This document shows positions 18,424-26,900 of a stretch of 55,482 nt of DNA, one piece after another. The stretch comes from Bdellovibrionales bacterium (GTDB lineage Bacteria > Bdellovibrionota > Bdellovibrionia > Bdellovibrionales > UBA1609), in the NCBI GenBank assembly GCA_050246815.1, contig JBFWVI010000019.1, forward strand, positions 1 to 55,482, given 5' to 3'. The position numbers and the translations under genes were made by a program. Numbering within the stretch: the stretch's first letter is position 1; each line of letters begins with the position of its first letter. A model generated the notes under the pieces. The model made no database searches and was not told the DNA's origin. It saw nothing but the letters and a program-made list of their open reading frames with translations.

Positions 18424-18445
18424 GGTGCCGCAAAACGGCGCTTTT
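18424..18445. promoter_or_regulatory. Putative enhancer-binding-protein site (UAS), copy 2
   Basis: GGTGCCGCAAAACGGCGCTTTT, palindromic GTGCCG-N5-CGGCGC, 73 bp from the start of the sigma54 box. Confidence 0.65.
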
Positions 18446-18560
18446 TATGCGGGATGGCGATGGGGCTCCATGTCTTATAAAAAGAACATTCGCTGTCCAT
18501 GCTTTGTCATGCCGAGTTCAAAAAGTTAGGTTCAGGCCATTCCAATAGGGGGAATTCAAT

Positions 18561-19130
18561 ATGAAACAAATCGTTTTAGGTCTTTTGGTTTTGATTGGGG
18601 TCAATGCGGGGGCTGCTGCCGCGAAGCCGATTTCTTTGCAGTGCGAATCCGTCGACCGTGACGGGTTGAAAGTTTATTTGACCGTAGATGGGCTGACCGT
18701 GACGGGTGAAGGAGAAGAAACTCAGGGCAAATTGCGTTCGTTTGAAATGACGATCCTCAACTTGGATGAAAAAGAGTACGACGTGATTCCCGCGACTTCG
18801 GGTGGCTCATGGGAAGGGCGTGATGTGAAAAACACCGCATATAGTGGCAGGCGCTATGCAAATCATTTAAAGTTCGAGTTGACTCGTCACGCGAGTAAAA
18901 GTGCAGGTTCTCAGGTGGATTATGCTGACCTGATAGTCAGCCCAGCTTACCTGGTTGAAAAGACGATTCCTCAGGCCAACCACTGGAACAAGGATTGGAC
19001 TTGGGATATTGAAGTGCGCAAACATTCAGCTGTTTTGCCTTTGAGCATAAACGACCACCATGGTGATTATGTGCCGATGAGCTGTTTCAGCACGGCCATC
19101 GTAAATGAGAAGCGTCCTAAATCGAAATAA
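18561..19130 (+). CDS. Secreted hypothetical protein
   Basis: AGGGGG RBS, signal peptide, ISLQC and terminal MSC Cys pair. Confidence 0.75.
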   Translation: MKQIVLGLLVLIGVNAGAAAAKPISLQCESVDRDGLKVYLTVDGLTVTGEGEETQGKLRSFEMTILNLDEKEYDVIPATSGGSWEGRDVKNTAYSGRRYANHLKFELTRHASKSAGSQVDYADLIVSPAYLVEKTIPQANHWNKDWTWDIEVRKHSAVLPLSINDHHGDYVPMSCFSTAIVNEKRPKSK

Positions 19131-19137
19131 GATGTTT

Positions 19138-19174
19138 GGTGCCCCTTAATCCACCGATTGGGTTCGGGGGCGCC
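19138..19174 (+). terminator. GC-rich hairpin downstream of the CDS (possible terminator or stabiliser)
   Basis: GGTGCCCC..GGGGCGCC outer stem with inner AATCCA/TGGGTT pairing; weak U-tract. Confidence 0.4.
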
Positions 19175-19267
19175 GCGTAATTTGCTGTAATCTTAGTTAA
19201 TCCATTTAAGCCTTTTGACCTCTGGCTCCCGCACTCCATATATATTGATGAAGCTCTGGGAGGGGTT

Positions 19268-19786
19268 ATGCGCGCATTTCTTAAAGTATTACCTTTGCTT
19301 TTGGTTTTCTCGGTTCCGTTTGCAGCTTCGGCCGCAAAACGAAACAACGGCGGTTACACTTGTGAAAAGGTGGGCGTCCAGCCCGAAGGCCCAAGTTGCA
19401 GTGAGGCGGCCTGCGGCTTGATTGGTGGTCCACGCTTTTGCAATTCGGATGAAGAACAGCGAGAAATTGCCAGCGCCTGCTCGAACAATGTGGATGGCCG
19501 TTGTTTAAGCAACTCTTGCCAGATCATGGGTGTGAACACATGTACCACTTTAGATGACATCCGCACGGTGGCGGCGTCTTGCCAAGGCACCTGCGATCTT
19601 TCGTGCGTTTCGGTGGGATGTGGATTTTTGCGCTGCGGGAACACTGGGGATATGGCCGACGTGAATTTGGCCTGTTCGGGAAAGGTCAGCGGCGAATGTG
19701 TGCTTTCGGCCTGTGGTGCTTCGGGTGGTTGTGGCCATTTGAGCGGTTTTCAATCGGCTGCTCGATTTTGCGGCAGCCAGATGTAA
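19268..19786 (+). CDS. Secreted cysteine-rich repeat protein
   Basis: GGGAGGGG RBS, signal peptide, 18 Cys in about four repeats. Confidence 0.8.
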   Translation: MRAFLKVLPLLLVFSVPFAASAAKRNNGGYTCEKVGVQPEGPSCSEAACGLIGGPRFCNSDEEQREIASACSNNVDGRCLSNSCQIMGVNTCTTLDDIRTVAASCQGTCDLSCVSVGCGFLRCGNTGDMADVNLACSGKVSGECVLSACGASGGCGHLSGFQSAARFCGSQM

Positions 19787-19852
19787 GTTCGCTTGTCAGT
19801 GCGAAAACCCAATTGTACAGTTACGAACGTTCGTCATTTATAAGGAGACAAC

Positions 19853-20575
19853 ATGAATCGTCTGATGAAACTGATCTTTGGCCTTTCTTTGACTCTGGTG
19901 GCCGCGGGTTGTGATCAAAATAAAACCCCCAAAACAGACACCGAGAAATATAGCTACGCCCTGGGTTATCAATTCGCAAAAAATTTGAAGCAACAAAGCG
20001 TTGAATTTGACGTGGCCGCCCTACGCCAAGGTGTCAAAGACGTCGCCGGCGGCAAAGAGTCGCAAGTGTCTGACCAAGAAGCGCAGGCTGTGATGCAGAA
20101 AATGTATGAAACCCGCAATGCCAAGATGAAAGCCGAAGGCGAAGTGAATCTGAAAAAATCGCAAGAGTGGTTGGCCACCAACAAAGACAAAGAGGGTGTC
20201 AAAACAACCCAATCGGGCCTGCAGTACAAAGTGCTGACCGAAGGTAGCGGAGGCAAAGCCAAAGAAGGCAACACAGTAAAAGTGCATTACAAAGGCACTT
20301 TGGTGGATGGAACTGAATTCGACAGTTCTTATAAGCGCAATGAGCCTATCGAATTCCCCGTGCAAAAAGGTGCTTTAATTGATGGTTGGATTGAAGGTTT
20401 GCAATTGATGAACAAAGGTTCGAAGTTTGCCTTCTACATTCCACCGGAGTTGGCCTACGGCGAACGTCCGCGTCCTTCGATTCCCGCCAACTCGGCTCTG
20501 GTCTTTGAAGTGGAACTGCTGGATATCAGCGAAGGTGGCAAAGGCGGAAAAGGCCTGCCTAAAAAGGGTCACTAA
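19853..20575 (+). CDS. fkpA: FKBP-type peptidyl-prolyl isomerase (FkpA/Mip), lipoprotein
   Basis: Lipobox AAGC; SYALG; TQSGLQYKVL; VKVHYKGTLVDGTEFDSS; IPPELAYG; LVFEVELL. Confidence 0.95.
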   Translation: MNRLMKLIFGLSLTLVAAGCDQNKTPKTDTEKYSYALGYQFAKNLKQQSVEFDVAALRQGVKDVAGGKESQVSDQEAQAVMQKMYETRNAKMKAEGEVNLKKSQEWLATNKDKEGVKTTQSGLQYKVLTEGSGGKAKEGNTVKVHYKGTLVDGTEFDSSYKRNEPIEFPVQKGALIDGWIEGLQLMNKGSKFAFYIPPELAYGERPRPSIPANSALVFEVELLDISEGGKGGKGLPKKGH

Positions 20576-21584
20576 TCGTCACGACCACGGGATAATGATC
20601 CGAGGGCAGCGCCATGCGCTGCTCAAGGGTCTGGGCATAGGGCAACATCACCCTCAAATCGCTGCGAAAGCGATGCACATAAGTGCCTGCTGAATCAATT
20701 TTCGAGGTCAGCTCGGGCGAGACAAACACATGGTCGATTTTAGTGAACTGTCTGCCCATGGATCGGTAAAAGTTAATTTGTGTCGCACACTCTTCAAGCG
20801 AGCGACTAAGATGATCAAACACCTCGACCAAGTCGCTTTTGCTGTGTAAATCGGCAAACTCTGGGGACGTCATCATGCGACTGGCAAATCCATTGAAGTC
20901 ACCCGCCACGATGACCGGCGTTTGCGGGACTTCTTTTCTAATTTCATTGTAGATTTCAATAAGGGCCTTTAATTCGGCCTCACGCCTTAAGGTGCCACCA
21001 GGATCAATATTGTCAGGATCCAGCCTGGACTTCAGGTGTACCAATAGAAAAATCAGGGCGGGAGAGTGAGTACCGGGCAAAAACCACCTCAACTCTGATG
21101 CATCGCGACTAAAAAGATGAGATCTGATCTGCTTTGTTGGTTCTAGCCCTGCGAAGTAGGTGTTGGTGTCTTGCTCGTGGGGATAAAGAAAGTTGAGGGG
21201 GCGCTGTTTGTGGCTCAGGTGCACAAATTTTCCTTCAAGCCCGCGCCGCACCAGATAGCCAACATCTATACCCCGGTCCGAATTGCCCTCTTTTAAATAG
21301 GGTTGGTAAACGTCCTTTAAAAAATGGCGGTTAAAGTGCTCAAGAGATTCCAGGCCACCCACCTCGTTTAACAAAACAATGTCGGCGTCAATTTCAAGCA
21401 GGGTGTCGGCTAGCCAGCGGGTTTTCAATAAAGGTTTATTGGCGGTATTGGAAGAGTTGAGCCGTTGCCACTCCTTTTCATTTAAATTGCTGAAATCCTG
21501 GCCCTGCCACATATCCAAAAACAGAAAGAGATTTTCGCAATTGATCAGGCACAGGCGTAATTGCTTTTGGCTTGGTTTACCCAT
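20559..21584 (-). CDS. Endonuclease/exonuclease/phosphatase family protein
   Basis: NCENLF, DADIVLLNEV, GNSDRGIDVG, HLKS, AGDFN, IDHVFVS, PSDHYPV. Confidence 0.9.
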   Translation of the reverse strand: MGKPSQKQLRLCLINCENLFLFLDMWQGQDFSNLNEKEWQRLNSSNTANKPLLKTRWLADTLLEIDADIVLLNEVGGLESLEHFNRHFLKDVYQPYLKEGNSDRGIDVGYLVRRGLEGKFVHLSHKQRPLNFLYPHEQDTNTYFAGLEPTKQIRSHLFSRDASELRWFLPGTHSPALIFLLVHLKSRLDPDNIDPGGTLRREAELKALIEIYNEIRKEVPQTPVIVAGDFNGFASRMMTSPEFADLHSKSDLVEVFDHLSRSLEECATQINFYRSMGRQFTKIDHVFVSPELTSKIDSAGTYVHRFRSDLRVMLPYAQTLEQRMALPSDHYPVVVTISDPF

Positions 21585-21626
21585 CCCTGTTATCATAGCA
21601 AAAATTTCGGAAAGGCTAAAAAAACA

Positions 21627-23150
21627 ATGAGCCCACAAGACGTCGTTGCCTCTTTGCGTCTGAGTTTAAAAAGCTGGTTGCTGACCGCGCCCGCCGCTAA
21701 GGGCAAAACCGAGGTTACGGTGGTTATATGGGGAGCAAAAAAAGACACGCTCGCGCTTAAGCGGGTGATTGGGGCGGGACTTGCTCCTTGGCAATGGAGC
21801 GAGCTCTTAGCCAGCTCTAAAACAGTACATACTTTGGCCACCAAAAGGGGTGCTGTTTTGGTGGTACGACCCCGTTTGCTAGGAGCCGATGAACCCACTG
21901 GCGGCCATGGCGATTTATTGGCCCTAAACGATTACAGTCGTGGACGTGAAACGGTAGGCCAGGCACTGGCTTCGGTTTTCGAAATGAATGCGAAATCCGT
22001 GACCATCGATTTTCAACAGTGTTCGCAAGATTTGCTCACAGGCGGGCTGATCGGTATGGAATTGGCCGCCTATCAATTTCGGCGCGTGTTCAAGGGCGCA
22101 TATCCACCCAAGCTCAGTGCAAAATTGTTGCAAGATGGCCGGGCTTTGAACGATCAGCATTTGGCGGCTGCGGTGGTGCAGGCGCAGGCTGTGAATTTGG
22201 CTCGTCACCTGACAAATCTGCCACCCAATGCCTTAAACCCAGAAAGTTACGCGGCGGCCATCAAACAAATTTTTGGCAAGGGCCGTGGTTGCCAAGTGGA
22301 AGTTTGGGGCCCGGCCAAACTCAAGGCAGAAAAAATGAATTTACTTTTGGCTGTTGGCCAGGCGGCCAGCGCGGCGCCGCAGATGGTGCGCATTCGCTAT
22401 CGGCCAACCAAAGCGGCAAAAAAAGTTAAGCCGATGGCTTTTGTTGGTAAGGGCATCACCTTTGATACAGGTGGTGTGAATTTGAAACCTGATGCAGCCA
22501 TGCGTTTGATGAAAAAAGACATGGGTGGTTCTGCCAGTGTGGTGGGCCTAGCTTATTGGGTTAGTGCGGTGAAGTGCTCTTTACCTTGCGATTTTTATTT
22601 GGCACTGGCTGAAAACTCCATTGGCGGACGCAGCTTTCGCCCTGGCGATGTGATTACCGCACGCTCTGGAACAAGCGTTGAAATTCACAATACCGATGCT
22701 GAAGGGCGATTGGTTTTAGCGGACGTGATGGATGTGGCCGTGCAGGGCGAGCCGCGTATGTTAATCGATGTGGCCACCTTGACTGGAGCGATCAAAGCCG
22801 GGTTAGGCTCGGGCATCGGTGGATTATTTGGCAACGACGACAAACAAGTGCATGCTTTGGCTCATGCCGCCCAAAAAGCTGGTGATTGGCTATGGCCCAT
22901 GCCGCTGCACCGTAAGTACAAAAGTGCTTTGAGGTCTTCAACTGCGGATATGGTGAATGCTGGCGATGGTTTTGGCGGTGCGATCACGGCGGCATTATTT
23001 TTAGAAGGCTTTAGCGGGAATGTACCGTGGCTTCATCTGGATATCTATGCATGGAAAGATGGCGCGGACGGCGCTTTCAGCGAAGCTGGGGGCAGCGGGC
23101 AGGCAGTGCAAGCGCTTTGTCAGTGGCTTGCAACTCTAGAACCCAAATAG
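21627..23150 (+). CDS. pepA: M17 leucyl aminopeptidase
   Basis: VGKGITFDTGG, MKKDMGG, NTDAEGRLVLAD, DVATLTGA, WLHLDI. Confidence 0.92.
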   Translation: MSPQDVVASLRLSLKSWLLTAPAAKGKTEVTVVIWGAKKDTLALKRVIGAGLAPWQWSELLASSKTVHTLATKRGAVLVVRPRLLGADEPTGGHGDLLALNDYSRGRETVGQALASVFEMNAKSVTIDFQQCSQDLLTGGLIGMELAAYQFRRVFKGAYPPKLSAKLLQDGRALNDQHLAAAVVQAQAVNLARHLTNLPPNALNPESYAAAIKQIFGKGRGCQVEVWGPAKLKAEKMNLLLAVGQAASAAPQMVRIRYRPTKAAKKVKPMAFVGKGITFDTGGVNLKPDAAMRLMKKDMGGSASVVGLAYWVSAVKCSLPCDFYLALAENSIGGRSFRPGDVITARSGTSVEIHNTDAEGRLVLADVMDVAVQGEPRMLIDVATLTGAIKAGLGSGIGGLFGNDDKQVHALAHAAQKAGDWLWPMPLHRKYKSALRSSTADMVNAGDGFGGAITAALFLEGFSGNVPWLHLDIYAWKDGADGAFSEAGGSGQAVQALCQWLATLEPK

Positions 23151-23160
23151 CCCCGTGTTT

Positions 23161-23184
23161 GAGGTCTTTAGCCTCGTTTTTTTT
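23161..23184 (+). terminator. Putative intrinsic terminator after the aminopeptidase gene
   Basis: GAGG-N7-CCTC short stem followed by G and T8. Confidence 0.4.
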
Positions 23185-23222
23185 GCTTGCACCCCCTTGT
23201 CCGTTTAAAGCCATTCTCACGT

Positions 23223-23239
23223 TAGGCACAACAAGTGCT
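23223..23239 (+). promoter_or_regulatory. Putative sigma54 promoter of csbD
   Basis: TAGGCACAACAAGTGCT, GG(23225-26)-N10-GC(23237-38). Confidence 0.55.
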
Positions 23240-23284
23240 CTTGAAGGGGGTGAGAGTCACATCAACCCGCACCAAGGAGTCACT

Positions 23285-23563
23285 ATGGATTTCAATTGGA
23301 ACCAAGATGTCATCAGGGGCAAGTGGAAGCAATTCAAAGGCAATCTTCAGAAAAATTGGGGAAAAATCACCGACGATCAATGGGAACAAACCAAAGGTGA
23401 AGCCAAATCGATTTCTGGCTTAATTCAGGAAAAATATGGCATGAGCCGCGAAGAGGCCGATAAAAAGCTGTCCGCGGCCTATGGTGATTTTCTTGAAAGC
23501 GTTGACGAGACACGCTCCCGGGTCAAAGAGCAAATCACGAAAAATCCCAGCTCGCACAATTAG
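23285..23563 (+). CDS. csbD: CsbD-family stress protein
   Basis: AAGGAG RBS; NQDVIRGKWKQFKG...WGKITDD...GLIQEKYG..REEA. Confidence 0.92.
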   Translation: MDFNWNQDVIRGKWKQFKGNLQKNWGKITDDQWEQTKGEAKSISGLIQEKYGMSREEADKKLSAAYGDFLESVDETRSRVKEQITKNPSSHN

Positions 23564-23587
23564 TTTTGAATTCTAATTGATGGTTTG

Positions 23588-23638
23588 GGGGCGGAGCATT
23601 GGGTTGAGTGCGAATGCGTCGGTGCCAAGACTTCGCCC
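23588..23638. terminator. Hairpin between convergent genes
   Basis: GGGCGGAG...CTTCGCCC outer stem, GCATT/AATGC inner stem, followed by GATTTTT. Confidence 0.4.
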
Positions 23639-23655
23639 TGATTTTTCGATGGATT

Positions 23656-25464
23656 CTAGTTCAGTTTTTTAAGTTCCATTAAAGCTTGCGGATTGTTGGG
23701 TTGAAGTCGAAGCGCTTGGGCCCATTCTTGCTTGGCCAAATCCTGTTGGCCCAAGAGTGCGTAAGCTCGGCCCAGATGAAGGCGGGTCATAAAATGGTCA
23801 GGATTGATTAAGGCCGCGCGCTTAAGACTTTCAACTCCTTGACTGGTCTGTTGCAAATTCAATTGGGCCGCGCCCATATTGTAGTACATGTCGGCAAAGG
23901 TGGCGGGGCTGCCGGCCTGTGCACTGGGCAGTTGGGCCAAAGCGTTTTGGTAGTATTGAACTGTGGTGGCGAAATCTTGCTTTTTGAAGTAAACCACGCC
24001 CAAGTTCGCCACTGCGGCTAAGTAGTCCGGTTTGGCGCTCAAGGCCCTTCTAAAGTTTTCTTCGGCCATGGCAAAGTCCATTCGTCGCAAAGCCTGTAAA
24101 CCCAGATTGTTGTAGGATAAGTAAGATTCAGGATTCACCCTGGTTGTGTGGCTGAAAAGGCGGTCATTGTTGGCCCATAAACTGGTTTGAAATATTGTGA
24201 GTAAAGCCCACAAGATTGAGACGATTTTAATTGCCAACTGGGAGCGCGCGTTAATTTCTGAGCTCAGGAAAGAGTTTAAAACAAATCCGAGTCCGAGCGC
24301 CGGAAACAAATAGAAATAGCGATCTGCAACTGTGGAAATATTTTGAAATTCAAACGGGATCAAACCAAGAACAGGACCAAAACCAAAGCCCATCAGCAAC
24401 AGGCCTGCGCGACAAGTTCGTGGTTCGGGCCATGCGCGAAAAAAACTTGCAATCAAAAAGAAGACATAAAGTGCGGCCATGCCATAGTAAAATCCAACCA
24501 AAGGAGCATTCAGCAATCGCGGCGGTGAAAGTCCGTAGTCTGGCGCCAGCGGGAATGGCAGGATTATTTTTCCCATATAAAAGCCCAGACTTGCCAGTGC
24601 CACCAGTGGCCGTTTTATAAGATCCAAATCAAAATCAAGTCTGGCATTGGGCTGCGCACTTTTAGTCAACCACATCACCCAAAAGGCAAAAAACAGCACC
24701 GGCGCTAGAAGGGGGAGAGACTTTTTGAAACATTTTGGCTCAAACATGAGCAGCATTGTCATCAAACCCACCGGCAAGACCACGGCAATTGGTTTTGTCA
24801 GCATGGCCAGTGCGGCAAAGGTCAAAAATTTAGGAATCGAATTTTTGTAAAACCAAGCGGGCATATGCATGGTCGGATGGTTTTTAGCTTTTCCGCTGAA
24901 ACTTAAGCGCGGCAGGCTTGCTGTGAAAGACAAGATCGCAAGCAAGATGAGGCTTGCCGACCAAGTGTCTTTCAGACCCGACGCCCAAACCACAGCCTCT
25001 GCTTGCAGTGGATGGATCGCAAAGGCCAGCGTGGCGACGAAAACAGCGCTGGGGTTGTGGGGATTGGCCGTCGCGCGCGATAGCCACGAGCTGAATAAAA
25101 ACCAAACCAGAAGAATATTAAAGAGGTGCAAAAGCACATTCAGTATGTGAAACAAGGTCGCAGTGATGCCCGTGAGCTCATGGGTAAGGCCCAAGCCTTT
25201 CGACAGTTCCGCCAAAATCATCCAGGTGTCGTAAATCACCGGCGCGTACAGGCCATAATATGGCGCAAACCAAAAAAATTTAAAATTGGCCCACGACAGA
25301 TTCATGACATACGGGTTTTGCCAAATATGCTTGGCATCATCTAGGGCAATAAATGGAAAAAAAATCGAACTGGCAAAAGCGATTGTGGCAAAAATGATCA
25401 GTGTGCGCCAAGAAAAAAAGCGATTGGACGGCGAGGCAGCGGGCTTGGCCTTTTGCAGCTTCAT
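23656..25464 (-). CDS. TMTC-like polytopic membrane protein with C-terminal TPRs (GT-C glycosyltransferase-like)
   Basis: First-loop DD (ALDDAKHIWQNP), FHILNVLLH, FAIHPLQAEAVVWASG, ADRYFY, W.NNDRLF, four to five TPRs. Confidence 0.8.
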   Translation of the reverse strand: MKLQKAKPAASPSNRFFSWRTLIIFATIAFASSIFFPFIALDDAKHIWQNPYVMNLSWANFKFFWFAPYYGLYAPVIYDTWMILAELSKGLGLTHELTGITATLFHILNVLLHLFNILLVWFLFSSWLSRATANPHNPSAVFVATLAFAIHPLQAEAVVWASGLKDTWSASLILLAILSFTASLPRLSFSGKAKNHPTMHMPAWFYKNSIPKFLTFAALAMLTKPIAVVLPVGLMTMLLMFEPKCFKKSLPLLAPVLFFAFWVMWLTKSAQPNARLDFDLDLIKRPLVALASLGFYMGKIILPFPLAPDYGLSPPRLLNAPLVGFYYGMAALYVFFLIASFFRAWPEPRTCRAGLLLMGFGFGPVLGLIPFEFQNISTVADRYFYLFPALGLGFVLNSFLSSEINARSQLAIKIVSILWALLTIFQTSLWANNDRLFSHTTRVNPESYLSYNNLGLQALRRMDFAMAEENFRRALSAKPDYLAAVANLGVVYFKKQDFATTVQYYQNALAQLPSAQAGSPATFADMYYNMGAAQLNLQQTSQGVESLKRAALINPDHFMTRLHLGRAYALLGQQDLAKQEWAQALRLQPNNPQALMELKKLN

Positions 25465-26855
25465 GCTTTGGCGCCGAACATCTTACGGCTACGGATGAGA
25501 TCACGGGCGGCTGCGGGAACCAATTTTTCCCAGGCCTTGTCGCCACTGGCCAACATGGTGCGCACGTCTTTGGAGTGCATCGTGGTGTCAACGTCATCAC
25601 AACCCAAAATGTCGACCACCAGCTTTTGACTCATCAAATAGTGATACAAGTGGGCGAGTGAGCCCGGCGGATTAAAGGTGGCCGCGGTTTGGCATAAATT
25701 TTGGGATTTGAAAGGAAAAACTAAAATGCGGGTCTTGTCGTCGAAGAGACGAGAAAAGCCCTCAAGAATGCCACCTGATAATCCATCATAGTATTGGGTC
25801 GCGAATAATTTTTCAAGATGGGCGGCACCAACGATCAGCGCAAGAGGTTGGTCTGTGTAGGTGCGTAAGAAACTCTTCACTTGATAAAATAAATTAAAGT
25901 TGGACAACAGCACTTTGTGACCCAGGGCACAGATGGTGTCGACCCGATCCAAAAAATCACTTTCTTGCAGCTGGCCTTCCGAGGTGAGGTTGTTCATGGT
26001 CAATTCGAACAAGACTTCAGGTTCACCCTGATGTTTGAACTCGTTCTTAAATTGTTTTAAGCCGCGCTCTAAAAGCATCACATTGACATTGGTCACCGGG
26101 CGAAAGGTTCCACGTTGAACCAGCACGGATTTTTTAAATAGCACATCTGAAGGGTTTGAAATATGGCCGCTAGGTTCGAACAAAACGGCTTCCGCAATTC
26201 CACGGCGAACCATCTCCAGATTTAAAAGACGATTGTCGATCTGTTGCGCGTCTGGACCTAATACACGCAACAAATTAATCTCAAGCCGGCTGGTGTTAAG
26301 ACCATGGGTTAAACGATCTAAAAATTCATGACGATCCAAAGGCAGTTGATGGGCCAAAGCCACCATATTCACACCCAAAATGCCCAAGGCTTCTTGTTGT
26401 TGCAGGCGCGCGCGATCTTTCAGGCGCACGTGCAGTATAATATCATGGCTGGGGCCACGGGGTTTCAGCTGAAATCGCACACCCATCCAGCCGTGGCATC
26501 GGCTGGATGGCTCGCCTTGGCTACTGGTGGCCACCGTGTCGGCCATGGCAAAAAAGCGGGTTGCAGCACCCCGTTGTGTGTCTAAGCGCTCTTTTAATAA
26601 ATCAAATTCATGGGAGAGCATTCGCAGCACACGTTCTTCGCAAACATAGCGGCCGGTGCGACCATAAATCGAGTCGCTAAAAGTCATGTCATAGGCGGAA
26701 ATCGTTTTGGCGATGGTTTGTGAGGCTTTGCCTGCCACGAAGAAGTAGCGAGCCACCTCTTGCCCTGCGCCGATCTCGGCAAAAGTGCCGTAAAAGTGAG
26801 GGTCTAGATTAATGGTGAGGGCTTTTTTTAGCGGTGCCTGATCAAGTTGTTCCAT
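25461..26855 (-). CDS. Conserved protein with CinA/PncC-like N-terminal and nucleotidyltransferase (NadD)-like C-terminal regions
   Basis: YGTFAEIGAGQEVAR..TIAKTISAYDM..RYV; RGTFRPVTNVN; ATGA-coupled to the downstream gene. Confidence 0.7.
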   Translation of the reverse strand: MEQLDQAPLKKALTINLDPHFYGTFAEIGAGQEVARYFFVAGKASQTIAKTISAYDMTFSDSIYGRTGRYVCEERVLRMLSHEFDLLKERLDTQRGAATRFFAMADTVATSSQGEPSSRCHGWMGVRFQLKPRGPSHDIILHVRLKDRARLQQQEALGILGVNMVALAHQLPLDRHEFLDRLTHGLNTSRLEINLLRVLGPDAQQIDNRLLNLEMVRRGIAEAVLFEPSGHISNPSDVLFKKSVLVQRGTFRPVTNVNVMLLERGLKQFKNEFKHQGEPEVLFELTMNNLTSEGQLQESDFLDRVDTICALGHKVLLSNFNLFYQVKSFLRTYTDQPLALIVGAAHLEKLFATQYYDGLSGGILEGFSRLFDDKTRILVFPFKSQNLCQTAATFNPPGSLAHLYHYLMSQKLVVDILGCDDVDTTMHSKDVRTMLASGDKAWEKLVPAAARDLIRSRKMFGAKA

Positions 26856-26861
26856 GATCAA

Positions 26862-26889
26862 ATTATAGCGGACCAAGGCCTTCAGTCAA
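26862..26889 (-). promoter_or_regulatory. sigma70-type promoter, likely leaderless transcript
   Basis: TTGACT-N16-TATAAT-N6-ATG(26855), no Shine-Dalgarno sequence. Confidence 0.7.
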
Positions 26890-26900
26890 TTGGCCAGGTG

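Noticed and set aside
23027..23284. N-terminal extension of the csbD ORF in the ORF track
   Set aside because: Overlaps the aminopeptidase gene and its terminator; CsbD similarity and an AAGGAG RBS point to ATG 23285
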